This document shows positions 50,741-59,948 of a stretch of DNA of 64,000 nt, one piece after another (position 1 is the first letter of the stretch; each line of letters begins with the position of its first letter). The notes under the pieces are model-generated. The model was not told the origin of the DNA and ran no database searches. It worked only from the letters and a program-made list of their open reading frames with translations. The position numbers were made by a program, and so were the translations under genes. This stretch comes from an uncultured Pseudomonadota bacterium (lineage in GTDB: Bacteria; Pseudomonadota; Alphaproteobacteria; JACZXZ01). The stretch spans positions 1,216,001 to 1,280,000 of the forward strand of contig CAVVLJ010000016.1 in assembly GCA_963749075.1 (NCBI GenBank). The letters are read 5' to 3'.

Positions 50741-52153
50741 ATGAGCAAGACCTCCACCCGCAGCTTGAAAGCCACCGCCGCGGCACTGCGCAGCGGCGAG
50801 CTCGCCGCCCTCGAGCTCGCCGAGTCGGCGATCGCGCGCCACGCCGATCTCGGCGGCCCGCTCAACGCCTACAAGAGCTGGAACCCCGACGAGGCGCTCT
50901 TGCAGGCGCGCGCCGCGGACGCCGTCTTCGCGAGCGGCACGGCACTGGGCCCGCTCCACGGCATCCCGGTCTCGGTCAAGGATCTCTACGGCGTCAAGGG
51001 CTGGCCGACCTTTGCCGGCACGCCGAGGCGGCTGCCGCCCAAGTGGGAGAGCGAGGGACCGGTTGTCGCCGCGCTGCGCCGCCAGCTCGGCGTCGTGATG
51101 GGCAAGAGCCACACGGTCGAGCTCGCCTTCGGCGGCCTCGGCGTCAATCCCCACTGGGGCACGCCGCGCAACCCGTGGGACGCCAAGTCGCACCGCGTGC
51201 CCGGCGGCTCCTCGAGCGGTGCCGGGGTGAGCCTCTGGGAGGGCTCGGCCCTGGCAGCACTCGGCAGCGACACGGCCGGCTCCGTGCGCATCCCCGCGAG
51301 CATGACCGGCACGGTCGGCCTCAAGACGAGCTTCGGGCGCTGGCCCGTGGCGGGCATCGTGCCCTTGAGCAAGAGCCTCGATACGGCGGGCGTGCTCGCG
51401 CGGAGCGTGGCCGACGCGGCCTACGCCTTTGCCGCACTCGATCCCGCCTGGGGCAGCGCCGAGGCGCTCGAGGCGCGCATCGCCGGGCTCGAGCTCTCGC
51501 GCGTGCGCATCGGCATCGCGGCAGCACCGCTGTGGGACAACTGCATGCCGGGCGTCGCCGAAGCGGCGCGCGCAGCGCTCGACGAGCTCGCGGCGAAAGG
51601 GGCGCAGCTCAAGGACTTCGCACTCCCCGAAGCCGCCGACGCCCGCGAGCTCCTGCGCTCGGGCAGCGTCGTCTCGGCCGAGTGCGACGCCTTCCTCGAG
51701 AGCGAGCTCCCGGAGTGGCGCGAGCTCATCGATCCCATCATCAAGATCCGCATCGCCGACGGCGGCGCCATCAGCGCGCGCGAGCTCCTCTTGCGCTACC
51801 GCAAGCTTGCGGAGCTCTCCCGCTCGGCCGCAGAGCGCTTCGCCGCCTGCGACGTGATCGCGCTCCCGACCGTGCCCGTGACGCCGCCCACCCTCGACGA
51901 GGTCGCCGATCTCGCAGCCTACCGGCGCGCCAACATCGCCGCTCTCGGCAACACCTGCGTTGCCAACTACCTGACCCTCTGCGCCCTCACCATGCCGGCG
52001 GGCCTCGATGCGGCCGGCATGCCGGTCGGGCTCATGCTCATGGCGCCCTTCGGCCAGGAGGAGCGCCTCCTCGCCATCGCACTCGCCGTTGAACGCGCGC
52101 TCGGCACGCCGCGCGAGCGGCTCGGAGCGCCGCCTCTCGCACCGGATGCGTGA
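50741..52153 (+). CDS. Amidase signature family enzyme
   Basis: VSVKDL, PGGSSSG, GSDTAGSVRIPA. Confidence 0.93.
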   Translation: MSKTSTRSLKATAAALRSGELAALELAESAIARHADLGGPLNAYKSWNPDEALLQARAADAVFASGTALGPLHGIPVSVKDLYGVKGWPTFAGTPRRLPPKWESEGPVVAALRRQLGVVMGKSHTVELAFGGLGVNPHWGTPRNPWDAKSHRVPGGSSSGAGVSLWEGSALAALGSDTAGSVRIPASMTGTVGLKTSFGRWPVAGIVPLSKSLDTAGVLARSVADAAYAFAALDPAWGSAEALEARIAGLELSRVRIGIAAAPLWDNCMPGVAEAARAALDELAAKGAQLKDFALPEAADARELLRSGSVVSAECDAFLESELPEWRELIDPIIKIRIADGGAISARELLLRYRKLAELSRSAAERFAACDVIALPTVPVTPPTLDEVADLAAYRRANIAALGNTCVANYLTLCALTMPAGLDAAGMPVGLMLMAPFGQEERLLAIALAVERALGTPRERLGAPPLAPDA

Positions 52154-52156
52154 CGC

Positions 52157-53401
52157 TCAGAGTGCCGCGTAGTCGATGGGCTTGCTGCGATCGAGGTGCT
52201 TCTCGGCGTCCGGCATGGGATATTTGAGGCCGTTGCCGCAGTTGAAGAGCACGACGCGGTCGTGCTTGCCGACGCGCCCCTCCTTGAGGGCGCGGCAGTA
52301 GGCCGCATAGGTGGCGGCACCTTCGGGCGAGAGGAGAATGCCCTCCGCCTTGCCGACTTCGGCGCGCGCCTCGAGGATGACCTCGTCGGGAATCGCCATG
52401 GCGAAGCCGTTGCTCTCGCGGATGCCGCGGAGGATGAGGAAATCGCCCAGCGCCGCCGGCACGCGCAGGCCCGCCGCGATGGTCGCGGCACCCACCCACG
52501 GCTCGGCGAATTCCTGGCCGCCCTCGAAGGCGCGCACGATGGGCGCGCAGCCGGTCGACTGCACCGCGACCATGCGCGGGCGCTTGCCGTCGATCCAGCC
52601 GATCTTGCCGAGCTCGTCGAACACCTTCCACATGCCGATGAGGCCGGTGCCGCCGCCCGTCGGGTAGAAGATCGCATCGGGCAACGTCCAGTTGAGCTGC
52701 TCGGCGAGCTCGAGGCCCATCGTTTTCTTGCCCTCGATGCGGTAGGGCTCCTTGAGCGTCGAGGTATCGAACCAGCCCATCCTCTCCTTGCCTTCGGCGA
52801 CGATCTTGGCGCAGTCGTTGATGAGCCCGTTCACCTTGAAGAGCCTGGCGCCCTGCAGCACCGTCTCGCCCACGTTCGGTGCCGGTGCATCCTCCGGGCA
52901 GAAGACATAACTTTCGAGGCCGGCCCGGGTGCAATAGGCGGCGAGTGCGGCGCCCGCGTTGCCCGCCGTCGCCATCGCCATGCGCTTGATGCCGAGCTCC
53001 TTCGCCATCGAGACGGCGAGCGCCAATCCGCGCGCCTTGAAGGAGCCGGTCGGCAGGCGGCCCTCGTCCTTGATCAGGATCTCGCCGCCGCCGAGGCGGC
53101 GGGCGAGCCGCGGAATTGCCAGCAAGGGGGTGATGGTCTCGCCCAGGCTGGCGATGCTGGCGGTATGGCGCACGGGGAGGAACTCGCGATAGCGCCAGAA
53201 GTCGTTGCTGCGGCGCCCAAGGCCGGCGCGGCTCACGCCGCGGCTCAGCGCCTCGAGATCGTAGCGCACGAGGAGCGGCTTGCCCGCGCGCGAGAGGGTC
53301 TGCACCTGGTCCGCGGCAAAGCGCTCGCCCGTGAGGCCGCACTCGAGATGGCTCACGAAGGTCGGCCGCTCGGCGCTAAGATTGTCTTCAAGAAGGGTCA
53401 T
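52157..53401 (-). CDS. thrC: Threonine synthase (fold-type II PLP enzyme)
   Basis: PTGSFKARG, TAGNAG, RIEGKKT, PTGGGTG, PEGA, NCGNGLKY. Confidence 0.85.
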   Translation of the reverse strand: MTLLEDNLSAERPTFVSHLECGLTGERFAADQVQTLSRAGKPLLVRYDLEALSRGVSRAGLGRRSNDFWRYREFLPVRHTASIASLGETITPLLAIPRLARRLGGGEILIKDEGRLPTGSFKARGLALAVSMAKELGIKRMAMATAGNAGAALAAYCTRAGLESYVFCPEDAPAPNVGETVLQGARLFKVNGLINDCAKIVAEGKERMGWFDTSTLKEPYRIEGKKTMGLELAEQLNWTLPDAIFYPTGGGTGLIGMWKVFDELGKIGWIDGKRPRMVAVQSTGCAPIVRAFEGGQEFAEPWVGAATIAAGLRVPAALGDFLILRGIRESNGFAMAIPDEVILEARAEVGKAEGILLSPEGAATYAAYCRALKEGRVGKHDRVVLFNCGNGLKYPMPDAEKHLDRSKPIDYAAL

Positions 53402-53593
53402 CGGGGAGTCCTCTGGGGCGCGGCGGGCGCTCGCGCATCGCCGGGCCGGCGCGGCAAGCTCGCTCGACGCTCCAATAGAACGGTCCCGCGGCAAGGTCCA
53501 GCCCGGATTTTGCGTTCGCCCCCTGCCCGACTCGGGTTAAAGTGGGCCGCGGGGACGGCTCTACACGAACCTTCAGAGAGAAGGGCGATAAAC

Positions 53594-54454
53594 ATGAAAA
53601 CCATTCTCCTGCCTCTCGAGGAGAGCGACGCACTGCCCTCCATCCTGCGGACGGCCCTGCTCGCCGCCACGGCCTTCGGGAGCTACATGGAGGGGTTCCA
53701 CGTCCGGCCGGGGCTCACCGGCGTGGTGGCCGCCGGCGCCGAGGGGCTGGTGGCGGCGACGCCCGGCCTCATCGAGAGCTTCGAGCGCGAGGATCAGGCG
53801 CGCGCGGTGCGCGTGCGCGCGGCGTTCGAGGCCTTTATGCGCGAGAACGGCGTCGAGCACAGCACGGCGCCCGTCCCTTTGGCGGCGCCCTCGGTCGGCT
53901 GGTACGACGAGGCCGGCCAGGGCGAGGCGGCGATCGGCAGCCGCGGCCGCGTCTTCGATCTCATCGTGGTGGGCCGCCCGGTCCGCGGCGGCTCGAGCGC
54001 TGCCATGAGCACCCTCGAGACGGCACTCTTCGAGAGCGGCCGGCCGCTCCTCATCGCACCGCCGGCACCTCCCTCGAGCCTCGGCGGCCGGATCATCATC
54101 GCATGGAACTGCTCGTCCGAGACGGCGTGCACCACGGCACTCGCCATGCCCTTCCTCATGCGCGCCAAGGACGTGCTCGTGCTCCAGGTCGAGGGCGGCA
54201 CGGTGCCGGGACCGAGCGCCCAGGAGGCGGCGCGGCAGCTGCGGCGGAACGGCATCCCGGCAGACGCCAAGCTGGTGCCCGCGCAAGCGCGGCGCAGCGC
54301 CGGCGAGACCATCCTCGCCGAGGCGGCCGCCTGGAACGCCGACCTCCTCGTCAAGGGCGCCTATACCCAGAGCCGCCTGCGCCAGATGATCTTCGGCGGC
54401 ATGACGAGCCACATCCTGGCCGAGGCGACGCTGCCGGTCTTCATGGCCCATTGA
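53594..54454 (+). CDS. Universal stress protein (tandem USP)
   Basis: KTILLP, LFESGRPLL, AWN.S.E, GAY..SRLRQMIFGGMT. Confidence 0.92.
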   Translation: MKTILLPLEESDALPSILRTALLAATAFGSYMEGFHVRPGLTGVVAAGAEGLVAATPGLIESFEREDQARAVRVRAAFEAFMRENGVEHSTAPVPLAAPSVGWYDEAGQGEAAIGSRGRVFDLIVVGRPVRGGSSAAMSTLETALFESGRPLLIAPPAPPSSLGGRIIIAWNCSSETACTTALAMPFLMRAKDVLVLQVEGGTVPGPSAQEAARQLRRNGIPADAKLVPAQARRSAGETILAEAAAWNADLLVKGAYTQSRLRQMIFGGMTSHILAEATLPVFMAH

Positions 54455-54478
54455 GGGCGCGGTCTTGGCGGACGGGCG

Positions 54479-55556
54479 TCAGGCGCCCGGCGGATGCTCG
54501 GCGGACCCATCCGCCGAGGGCCAGATCTTGCGGTAGGTCGAGAGCAGCGCCTCGCCACAGCGCGTCTTGCCTGCGGGATCGATCGTGCTGTGGCAGCGCG
54601 GCGTTGCGCGGTGGACCTCGGAACGGATGGCCGGGACGATGACCGCCTCGAAATCGGGATTGACGAAAAACGGCACCGAGTAGCGCTCGCGGCCCGAGCG
54701 GTTGATCACGCGATGGGACGTTCGAGCTGAAGCGCCCGTCGGTCCAAACCTTCATCATCTCGCCGATGTTCACCACGAAGCTCCCGGCGCGCGGCGGCAC
54801 CGCGATCCATTCCTCCTCCCGGTTCATCACCTCGAGGCCGCCGGTGTCGTCCTGGGCGAGGATGGTGAAGGCGCCGGTGTCGCTGTGCGCGCGCACGCCC
54901 AAGTGCCGCGCATGCAGCGCCGGATCCGGCGGCGGATAGCGGAGGAGCCGGAGCTGCATGAGCGGCTTGCGGTAGAACTGCAGGAAGAACTCCTCCTCGA
55001 GCCCCAGGCCGAGTGCGAAGAGGCGCAGCATCGCACAGCCGAGTGCGGCGAGTGCTCCGTGGTAGCGCAGTATCTCGAGGCGCAGCTCCGGCAGCGCCGG
55101 CGGCCACAGGTTCGGTCCGTGAAGCGGCTTTCCCGCCAGCACGTCCGGGTCGTCGGCGGCCAGCTCGGCATAGATCTGGAAGCCCTCGTGCAGGTTCTCG
55201 TATTCCGGCTGCTTCACGCTGCCCTTGGCGCCGAGCGGCAGGTAGCCGCGGAAATGGCGCGAGCCGGCGAATGACACGCGCATCTTCTCGGCGAGGGGAA
55301 GGGCGAAGAACCGCCGTGCCATCGCGAAGATGCCGTCGATCGAGCCGGGCTCCACGCGATGGCCGGCGATGTAGAGGAAGCCGACCCTCTCGCAGGCCTC
55401 GACGATCTCCTCGGCCAGGCGGCGGCGAGCCGCCGCGGTGCCCTGCCAGGCCGCGGAGAGGTCGACGACGGGGACTTCCCTGAAGGACGCAAGCCTCGCC
55501 GACGGAAGGGCCACGATGTGCCTCGCGGAAGCCGGAAAACCGCCGGCATCAAGCAC
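54479..55556 (-). CDS. 2OG-Fe(II) oxygenase (IPNS-like); apparent +1 frameshift at 54721-54722
   Basis: PVVDLS, GFLYIAGH, LRYP, HSD; removing one base restores STSHRV..RYSVPFF (distal His and RxS). Confidence 0.9.
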
Positions 55557-55724
55557 TACACAGGCCTCTCTTTCGGGTCAAGCCAGCCAAAAGCTGGCGC
55601 GGGCGGCGGCGCCTGCGCGGCGCTCCGGCGTGCCGCTTTCGTAACATTTTTTTATCATTTGCCGCGTAGCCTTAAGGAGTTGGCGTGTGCGGTTGTGGCC
55701 GGCACCCCTGAGAGGACGAGAGCG

Positions 55725-56291
55725 ATGCAGCATCGGGAACGCGAGTACGCGCCATCGATCCGGGACGCGCATCCGGCCAAGTCCGCGGCAGAGGCGAAGC
55801 AGATCGTCGGGATTGCCGGCCCCGGGCGCTTCACTTTCGACACGGAGCGCAACCTCATCGTCTGGCGCGGCTTGGCCATCGAGCTTTCCGCCCAGGAGAC
55901 GCACATCCTCCGGATTCTCTTCAATAACCGCGGCCAGACCACGACCACGAAGGCGCTCATCGAGGGCCTGCCGGGTGCGGCGGCGTCCGCTGTGGCGGCG
56001 GCGGCGATCCGTGCCGCGATCGCCTCGCTGCGGCGCAAGCTCGCGGGCACCGGCATCGAGATCAAGCCGCTGCAGAAGTTCGGCTACGAGATCATCGCCT
56101 TCAAGGTGCCCGAGCTCAATCGACGGTTGAGCGACCGGATTCTCCTGGCCATGAGCCAGGCCGTGGACACCGGCAACAAGGAGGTCGCCGAGCAGCTCCA
56201 CGTCGCCCTGGAGCTCGCCAAGGAGAGCGAGCAGCTGTGGCTCGAGCGGCACAGGGCCAAGGAGAAGCGCGCGATTCCCCAAGGGCGCTAG
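55725..56291 (+). CDS. Receiver-less OmpR-type winged-helix protein with C-terminal helical domain
   Basis: FTFD..IELSAQETHIL..IASLRRKL..I.P..KFGY; no REC domain; GAGGA SD. Confidence 0.75.
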   Translation: MQHREREYAPSIRDAHPAKSAAEAKQIVGIAGPGRFTFDTERNLIVWRGLAIELSAQETHILRILFNNRGQTTTTKALIEGLPGAAASAVAAAAIRAAIASLRRKLAGTGIEIKPLQKFGYEIIAFKVPELNRRLSDRILLAMSQAVDTGNKEVAEQLHVALELAKESEQLWLERHRAKEKRAIPQGR

Positions 56292-56344
56292 GCCCGGACC
56301 GTCCGCCGCGCTGCCGCGGAGCGCCTCTCCCGCGCGAGGCTGCT

Positions 56345-57244
56345 CTAAGCCGGATGGCCACGCGCCGCAGCCGTCTCCGCCTGCACCTTCGCCAGCCCCG
56401 CCGCGAGTGCGGTATAGCGGAAATCGGGAAAGGCCTTGCGGCAGAGCGAAATGTCGAAGGGACGATAGCCGTTGTGCGGCATCGGGCCCTGGCGCGGCAG
56501 CCCGCGTACCGGCGCCGGCGGACGCACCATGGCGGCGATGCGCTCGGCGATCTCGCGGAAGGAGTGCACCTCGCCGCTCGCGATGTTGAGCACGCCCCGG
56601 CTGCGCCGCGCGATGACGCGCGCCACGAGCTCGGCCGCGTCGTCGATCAGCACGTGGTCGCGGCGCTCCTCGCCCTCGCCGAAGAGCAGTATCTCCTCGC
56701 CCGCCGCGGCCTGGCGGCGGAAGCGGTTGGGACCATAGCCGTTGTGCGGATCGCCGGCGCCATAAAGGAGGCTCGGGCGGAGGATGGCGAGCGGCGCCTT
56801 GACGACGTCCTTGAGCATCAGCTCGCGCGCCAGATGCATGGCGCCATGGAGCGAGCCCGGCTCCGCGCAGGAGGCCTCGCTCAGCGGCTCGGCCGAGTCG
56901 CGATAGACCGCATCCGAGCTCACGTAGACGACGTGGGCGACCGCCGCCTTCGCGAGCGCCGCCGCGACGGCTTCCATCATGCGGACGTTCTCGACGAGCA
57001 TCGCCGCGTTCTTGCAAGGTGCCTGCGCCGAGACGACGAGGAGCGCATCCGCGGGCCTCAGGCGGGCAGCGAGCTCGGCGCCCGCACCGGCGCCCAAAAG
57101 ATCCAGCGCGCCGCGGCCGAGCGCCTCGACGGCGAAGCCGCGGGCGGCGAGGAGCCGGGCGCTCGCCCCGCCCACGAAGCCGCCCGCTCCCAGCACGACG
57201 ACGCGGCCGCCTGCCGCCGTGCCCGCCGAGGTGTGCTCGAGCAT
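56345..57244 (-). CDS. NAD-dependent epimerase/dehydratase family protein
   Basis: GAGGFVG, SSDAVY, LRPSLLYG, RDHVLIDD; HGAMH in place of YxxxK. Confidence 0.85.
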   Translation of the reverse strand: MLEHTSAGTAAGGRVVVLGAGGFVGGASARLLAARGFAVEALGRGALDLLGAGAGAELAARLRPADALLVVSAQAPCKNAAMLVENVRMMEAVAAALAKAAVAHVVYVSSDAVYRDSAEPLSEASCAEPGSLHGAMHLARELMLKDVVKAPLAILRPSLLYGAGDPHNGYGPNRFRRQAAAGEEILLFGEGEERRDHVLIDDAAELVARVIARRSRGVLNIASGEVHSFREIAERIAAMVRPPAPVRGLPRQGPMPHNGYRPFDISLCRKAFPDFRYTALAAGLAKVQAETAAARGHPA

Positions 57245-57259
57245 CGCCGCGCGTACCCC

Positions 57260-57880
57260 TCAGGCCGCCACCTTGAACGCCCGCACCACGGTCGGCCGCG
57301 CCGCCAGCGATGCGGCCCAGCGCTTCACGTTGGCGAGCCCTTCCGCCTTGTCGACCATCGCCTGGCGGCCGGCAATGATCGGATAGAGCGCCACGTCCGC
57401 GACGCTGAGCTCGCCGCCCGCGAGATAGGGCGCCTCGCCGAGGCGGCGCTCGACGACGCGGCAGAAATCCATGAAGCGGGTCTCGAAGAAGCTCGTCACG
57501 GAGGCCACCTTCTCCGGGAAGACCGCGGTCGAGAGAAAGATGGCGCCGCTCGCCGGCCCGATGTCGGTGACCGCGAACATCAGCCACTGATGGGCGAGGG
57601 CGCGGGCCGCCGCGTCCTTCGGCAGCAGCTTTCCGGTCTTCTCGGCGAGATAGAGGAGGATGGCGGCCGACTGCTTGAGCACGAACGGCTTGCCGCCCGG
57701 CCCCTCGGGATCGACGATCACCGGGATCGTGCCTTGCGGGTTGAGCTTGAGGAAATCGGCGGGCTTGTTGGCGCCGGGCCCGAGCTCGATCTTGTGCGGC
57801 GCATAGGCGAGCCCGCATTCCTCGAGCATGAGCGTGGCGCGGCGGCCGTTGCCCGTGGTGGCAGTATAGAGTTCGATCAT
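57260..57880 (-). CDS. Glutathione S-transferase (YfcG-like)
   Basis: IELYTATTGNG, LNPQGTIP, QSAAILLYLAEKTG, YLAG..SVAD. Confidence 0.92.
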   Translation of the reverse strand: MIELYTATTGNGRRATLMLEECGLAYAPHKIELGPGANKPADFLKLNPQGTIPVIVDPEGPGGKPFVLKQSAAILLYLAEKTGKLLPKDAAARALAHQWLMFAVTDIGPASGAIFLSTAVFPEKVASVTSFFETRFMDFCRVVERRLGEAPYLAGGELSVADVALYPIIAGRQAMVDKAEGLANVKRWAASLAARPTVVRAFKVAA

Positions 57881-58058
57881 GGGACATTTCTCCTGCGCGT
57901 CGTTGGAAAGGGCGGCGCATTCGACCACCTCCGCCCCGTCCTTGTCGACCGCATTCGCCGGCTGGCCCTCCGGCGCTGGATTATTCCTGCCCTGCGCGGT
58001 ACTCTCGACCGTAGGGCTCGGCGCCTGCCGGGCCGGAGGGGCGTGACAGGAGAGGGAC

Positions 58059-58493
58059 TTGAGCCTGGTGTCGTGCGGCGCACGGCAGGGGCTTGCGGAG
58101 AGGGCCGCCGCCTGGCGGCACGATGTCGGCTGGCTTTCCGTGCTGGCCTTCCTCCTCCAGATCCTGCTCACGACCGCGAGCTTCCACATCGATGCCGCGA
58201 CGGGATGGAGCGGCCCGTCGATCCCCCTCTGCCTCGCCCACGGCGTCGCGGCGGATGACGGCGGCCAGCCCCTTCCCTCGGGCTCGCCTCTCCATCCTGC
58301 ACCCCTCCAGCATCCGGATTGCCCGATCTGCCAGACGGCGGCGGCGGTGTCGGCCTCCTTGGCGCCCGCCACCGTCGAGGTCGTGCCGCTGCCGCCCGCC
58401 GGCGCAAGTCCGCCGCCCGCCGCTTTCGTCGAGGCACCGCGGCCCCCACTCTCCAGCCAGGTTCAGCCGAGAGCACCCCCCAACCGCGCCTGA
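58059..58493 (+). CDS. DUF2946-like copper-responsive leader protein (CruR/CutF-like)
   Basis: Hydrophobic N-region, LC, HPDCPIC, Pro-rich linker, C-terminal QPRAPP; upstream of cop genes. Confidence 0.8.
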   Translation: MSLVSCGARQGLAERAAAWRHDVGWLSVLAFLLQILLTTASFHIDAATGWSGPSIPLCLAHGVAADDGGQPLPSGSPLHPAPLQHPDCPICQTAAAVSASLAPATVEVVPLPPAGASPPPAAFVEAPRPPLSSQVQPRAPPNRA

Positions 58494-58610
58494 GGCCGGC
58501 GGGCCGGCCTTGCGGCGGGTCCGTCGACGGTTAGGCAAGCGCTCTCGCCCGCGGCGGCAGGACGTGCTTCGGCACCGCCGCCGTGCCAACCCTGGCTCGG
58601 AGACCGACCA

Positions 58611-59552
58611 ATGACCTCGAGAAAGAAAGCGCGACAGTCCCGCCGCGCGCTCCCAATGCCCGGCGGACTTGCGGTCCTCGCGGCATCGCTGGCACCGTTC
58701 GGCATGAACAGCAGCCCTGCCATGGCACACGGCATTGCCGGCGACCGCGTCTTTCCCGCCACCATCCTCATCGACGATCCTGCGGTGGGCGACGAGCTCT
58801 CCTTCCCCACCATCTCGACCATTCACAACAGCGCCAACGCGAGCGGAGCCGGCTCGCGCCAGCTCGACTTCGGCGCGGAGTGGGACAAGACGATCACCGA
58901 GGACCTCGGTGTCGCCTTCAATTTCGACTATACCGTCCTGCATTTCGACAGCGGCGGCAGCATTAAGGGCTGGCAGAATCCGGAGTTCACCTTGAAATAC
59001 CATTTCTACACCAACGCCGAGCACGAATTCATGACGTCGGTCGGCGTCGTGCGGGACTTCGGCGGCACCGGCTCGTCCGCGGTCGACGATCCCGTCGGCT
59101 CAACCACGCCCACGCTCTATTTCGGCAAGGGCATGGGCGACCTGCCGATCGGAGCGCTCCGCGCCTTCGCCATCACGGGCGAGGCGCAGTACCAGGTTTC
59201 AGACTGGCCCAGTGCCGAGGGCAACCAATGGATTCTCGGGGGCTCGCTGCAATATTCCATTCCCTACCTGCAGCAGCATGTGAAGGACATGGGCCTGCCG
59301 CTCTTCATCGGCCGGATGATCCCGCTCGTGGAAGTATCGATGAACGTGCCCTCGGGCGGTGGAGGCGGCCCGGTCACTGGAACGATCTCGCCGGGCATCC
59401 TCTATGAGGGAGACGCCTGGCAGTTCGGCGTCGAGGCCCTGATCCCCGCGACCAAGGCCACCAACACCGGCATCGGGTTCATCTGGCAGTTGCACCTCTA
59501 CCTCGACGACCTGTTCCCCAACTCCCTCGGCAAACCCATTTTCGGGAAATGA
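58611..59552 (+). CDS. Exported probable outer-membrane beta-barrel protein associated with CopC/CopD
   Basis: Signal ending AMA then HGIAGDRVFP; alternating amphipathic strands with aromatic residues. Confidence 0.7.
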   Translation: MTSRKKARQSRRALPMPGGLAVLAASLAPFGMNSSPAMAHGIAGDRVFPATILIDDPAVGDELSFPTISTIHNSANASGAGSRQLDFGAEWDKTITEDLGVAFNFDYTVLHFDSGGSIKGWQNPEFTLKYHFYTNAEHEFMTSVGVVRDFGGTGSSAVDDPVGSTTPTLYFGKGMGDLPIGALRAFAITGEAQYQVSDWPSAEGNQWILGGSLQYSIPYLQQHVKDMGLPLFIGRMIPLVEVSMNVPSGGGGGPVTGTISPGILYEGDAWQFGVEALIPATKATNTGIGFIWQLHLYLDDLFPNSLGKPIFGK

Positions 59553-59920
59553 CCATGGCGCAGAAATACCTCTTGCCGCTCGCCGTCGCCGCATTCATCG
59601 CGAGTGCGGCGGCGGCATTCGCCCATGCCTTCCTCGATCACGCCAGCCCGGCCGTGGGCAGCACCACCCACGGCTCGCCGCCGGAGCTCAAGCTGTGGTT
59701 CACCCAGGCGCTCGAGCCGGCCTTCAGCACGATCGAGGTCGTGGATCAGGCCGGCAAGCGGGTCGACAAGGGAGGTGCAACGGTGGATGCGCAGGACCGC
59801 AAGCTGCTCAAGCTCTCCCTGCCGCCGCTGTCGCCCGGCACCTACAAGGTGACGTGGCGCGTCACCTCGGTCGACACCCATGTGACCAATGGCAGCTTCA
59901 CCATCACGGTGGCGCCGTGA
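59549..59920 (+). CDS. copC: Periplasmic copper-binding protein CopC
   Basis: AFA-HAFL..SP, F...LEP.FS, YKVTWRVTSVDTH. Confidence 0.93.
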   Translation: MTMAQKYLLPLAVAAFIASAAAAFAHAFLDHASPAVGSTTHGSPPELKLWFTQALEPAFSTIEVVDQAGKRVDKGGATVDAQDRKLLKLSLPPLSPGTYKVTWRVTSVDTHVTNGSFTITVAP

Positions 59921-59948
59921 GGGGTAGCGCGCGCGCCGCCGAGCGGGC

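Noticed and set aside
845-54725. True pseudogenes or programmed ribosomal frameshifting
   Set aside because: Each gene has a single lesion with intact catalytic motifs, the shared context occurs in both orientations relative to the genes, and there is no slippery heptamer; sequencing error is more parsimonious, though unproven
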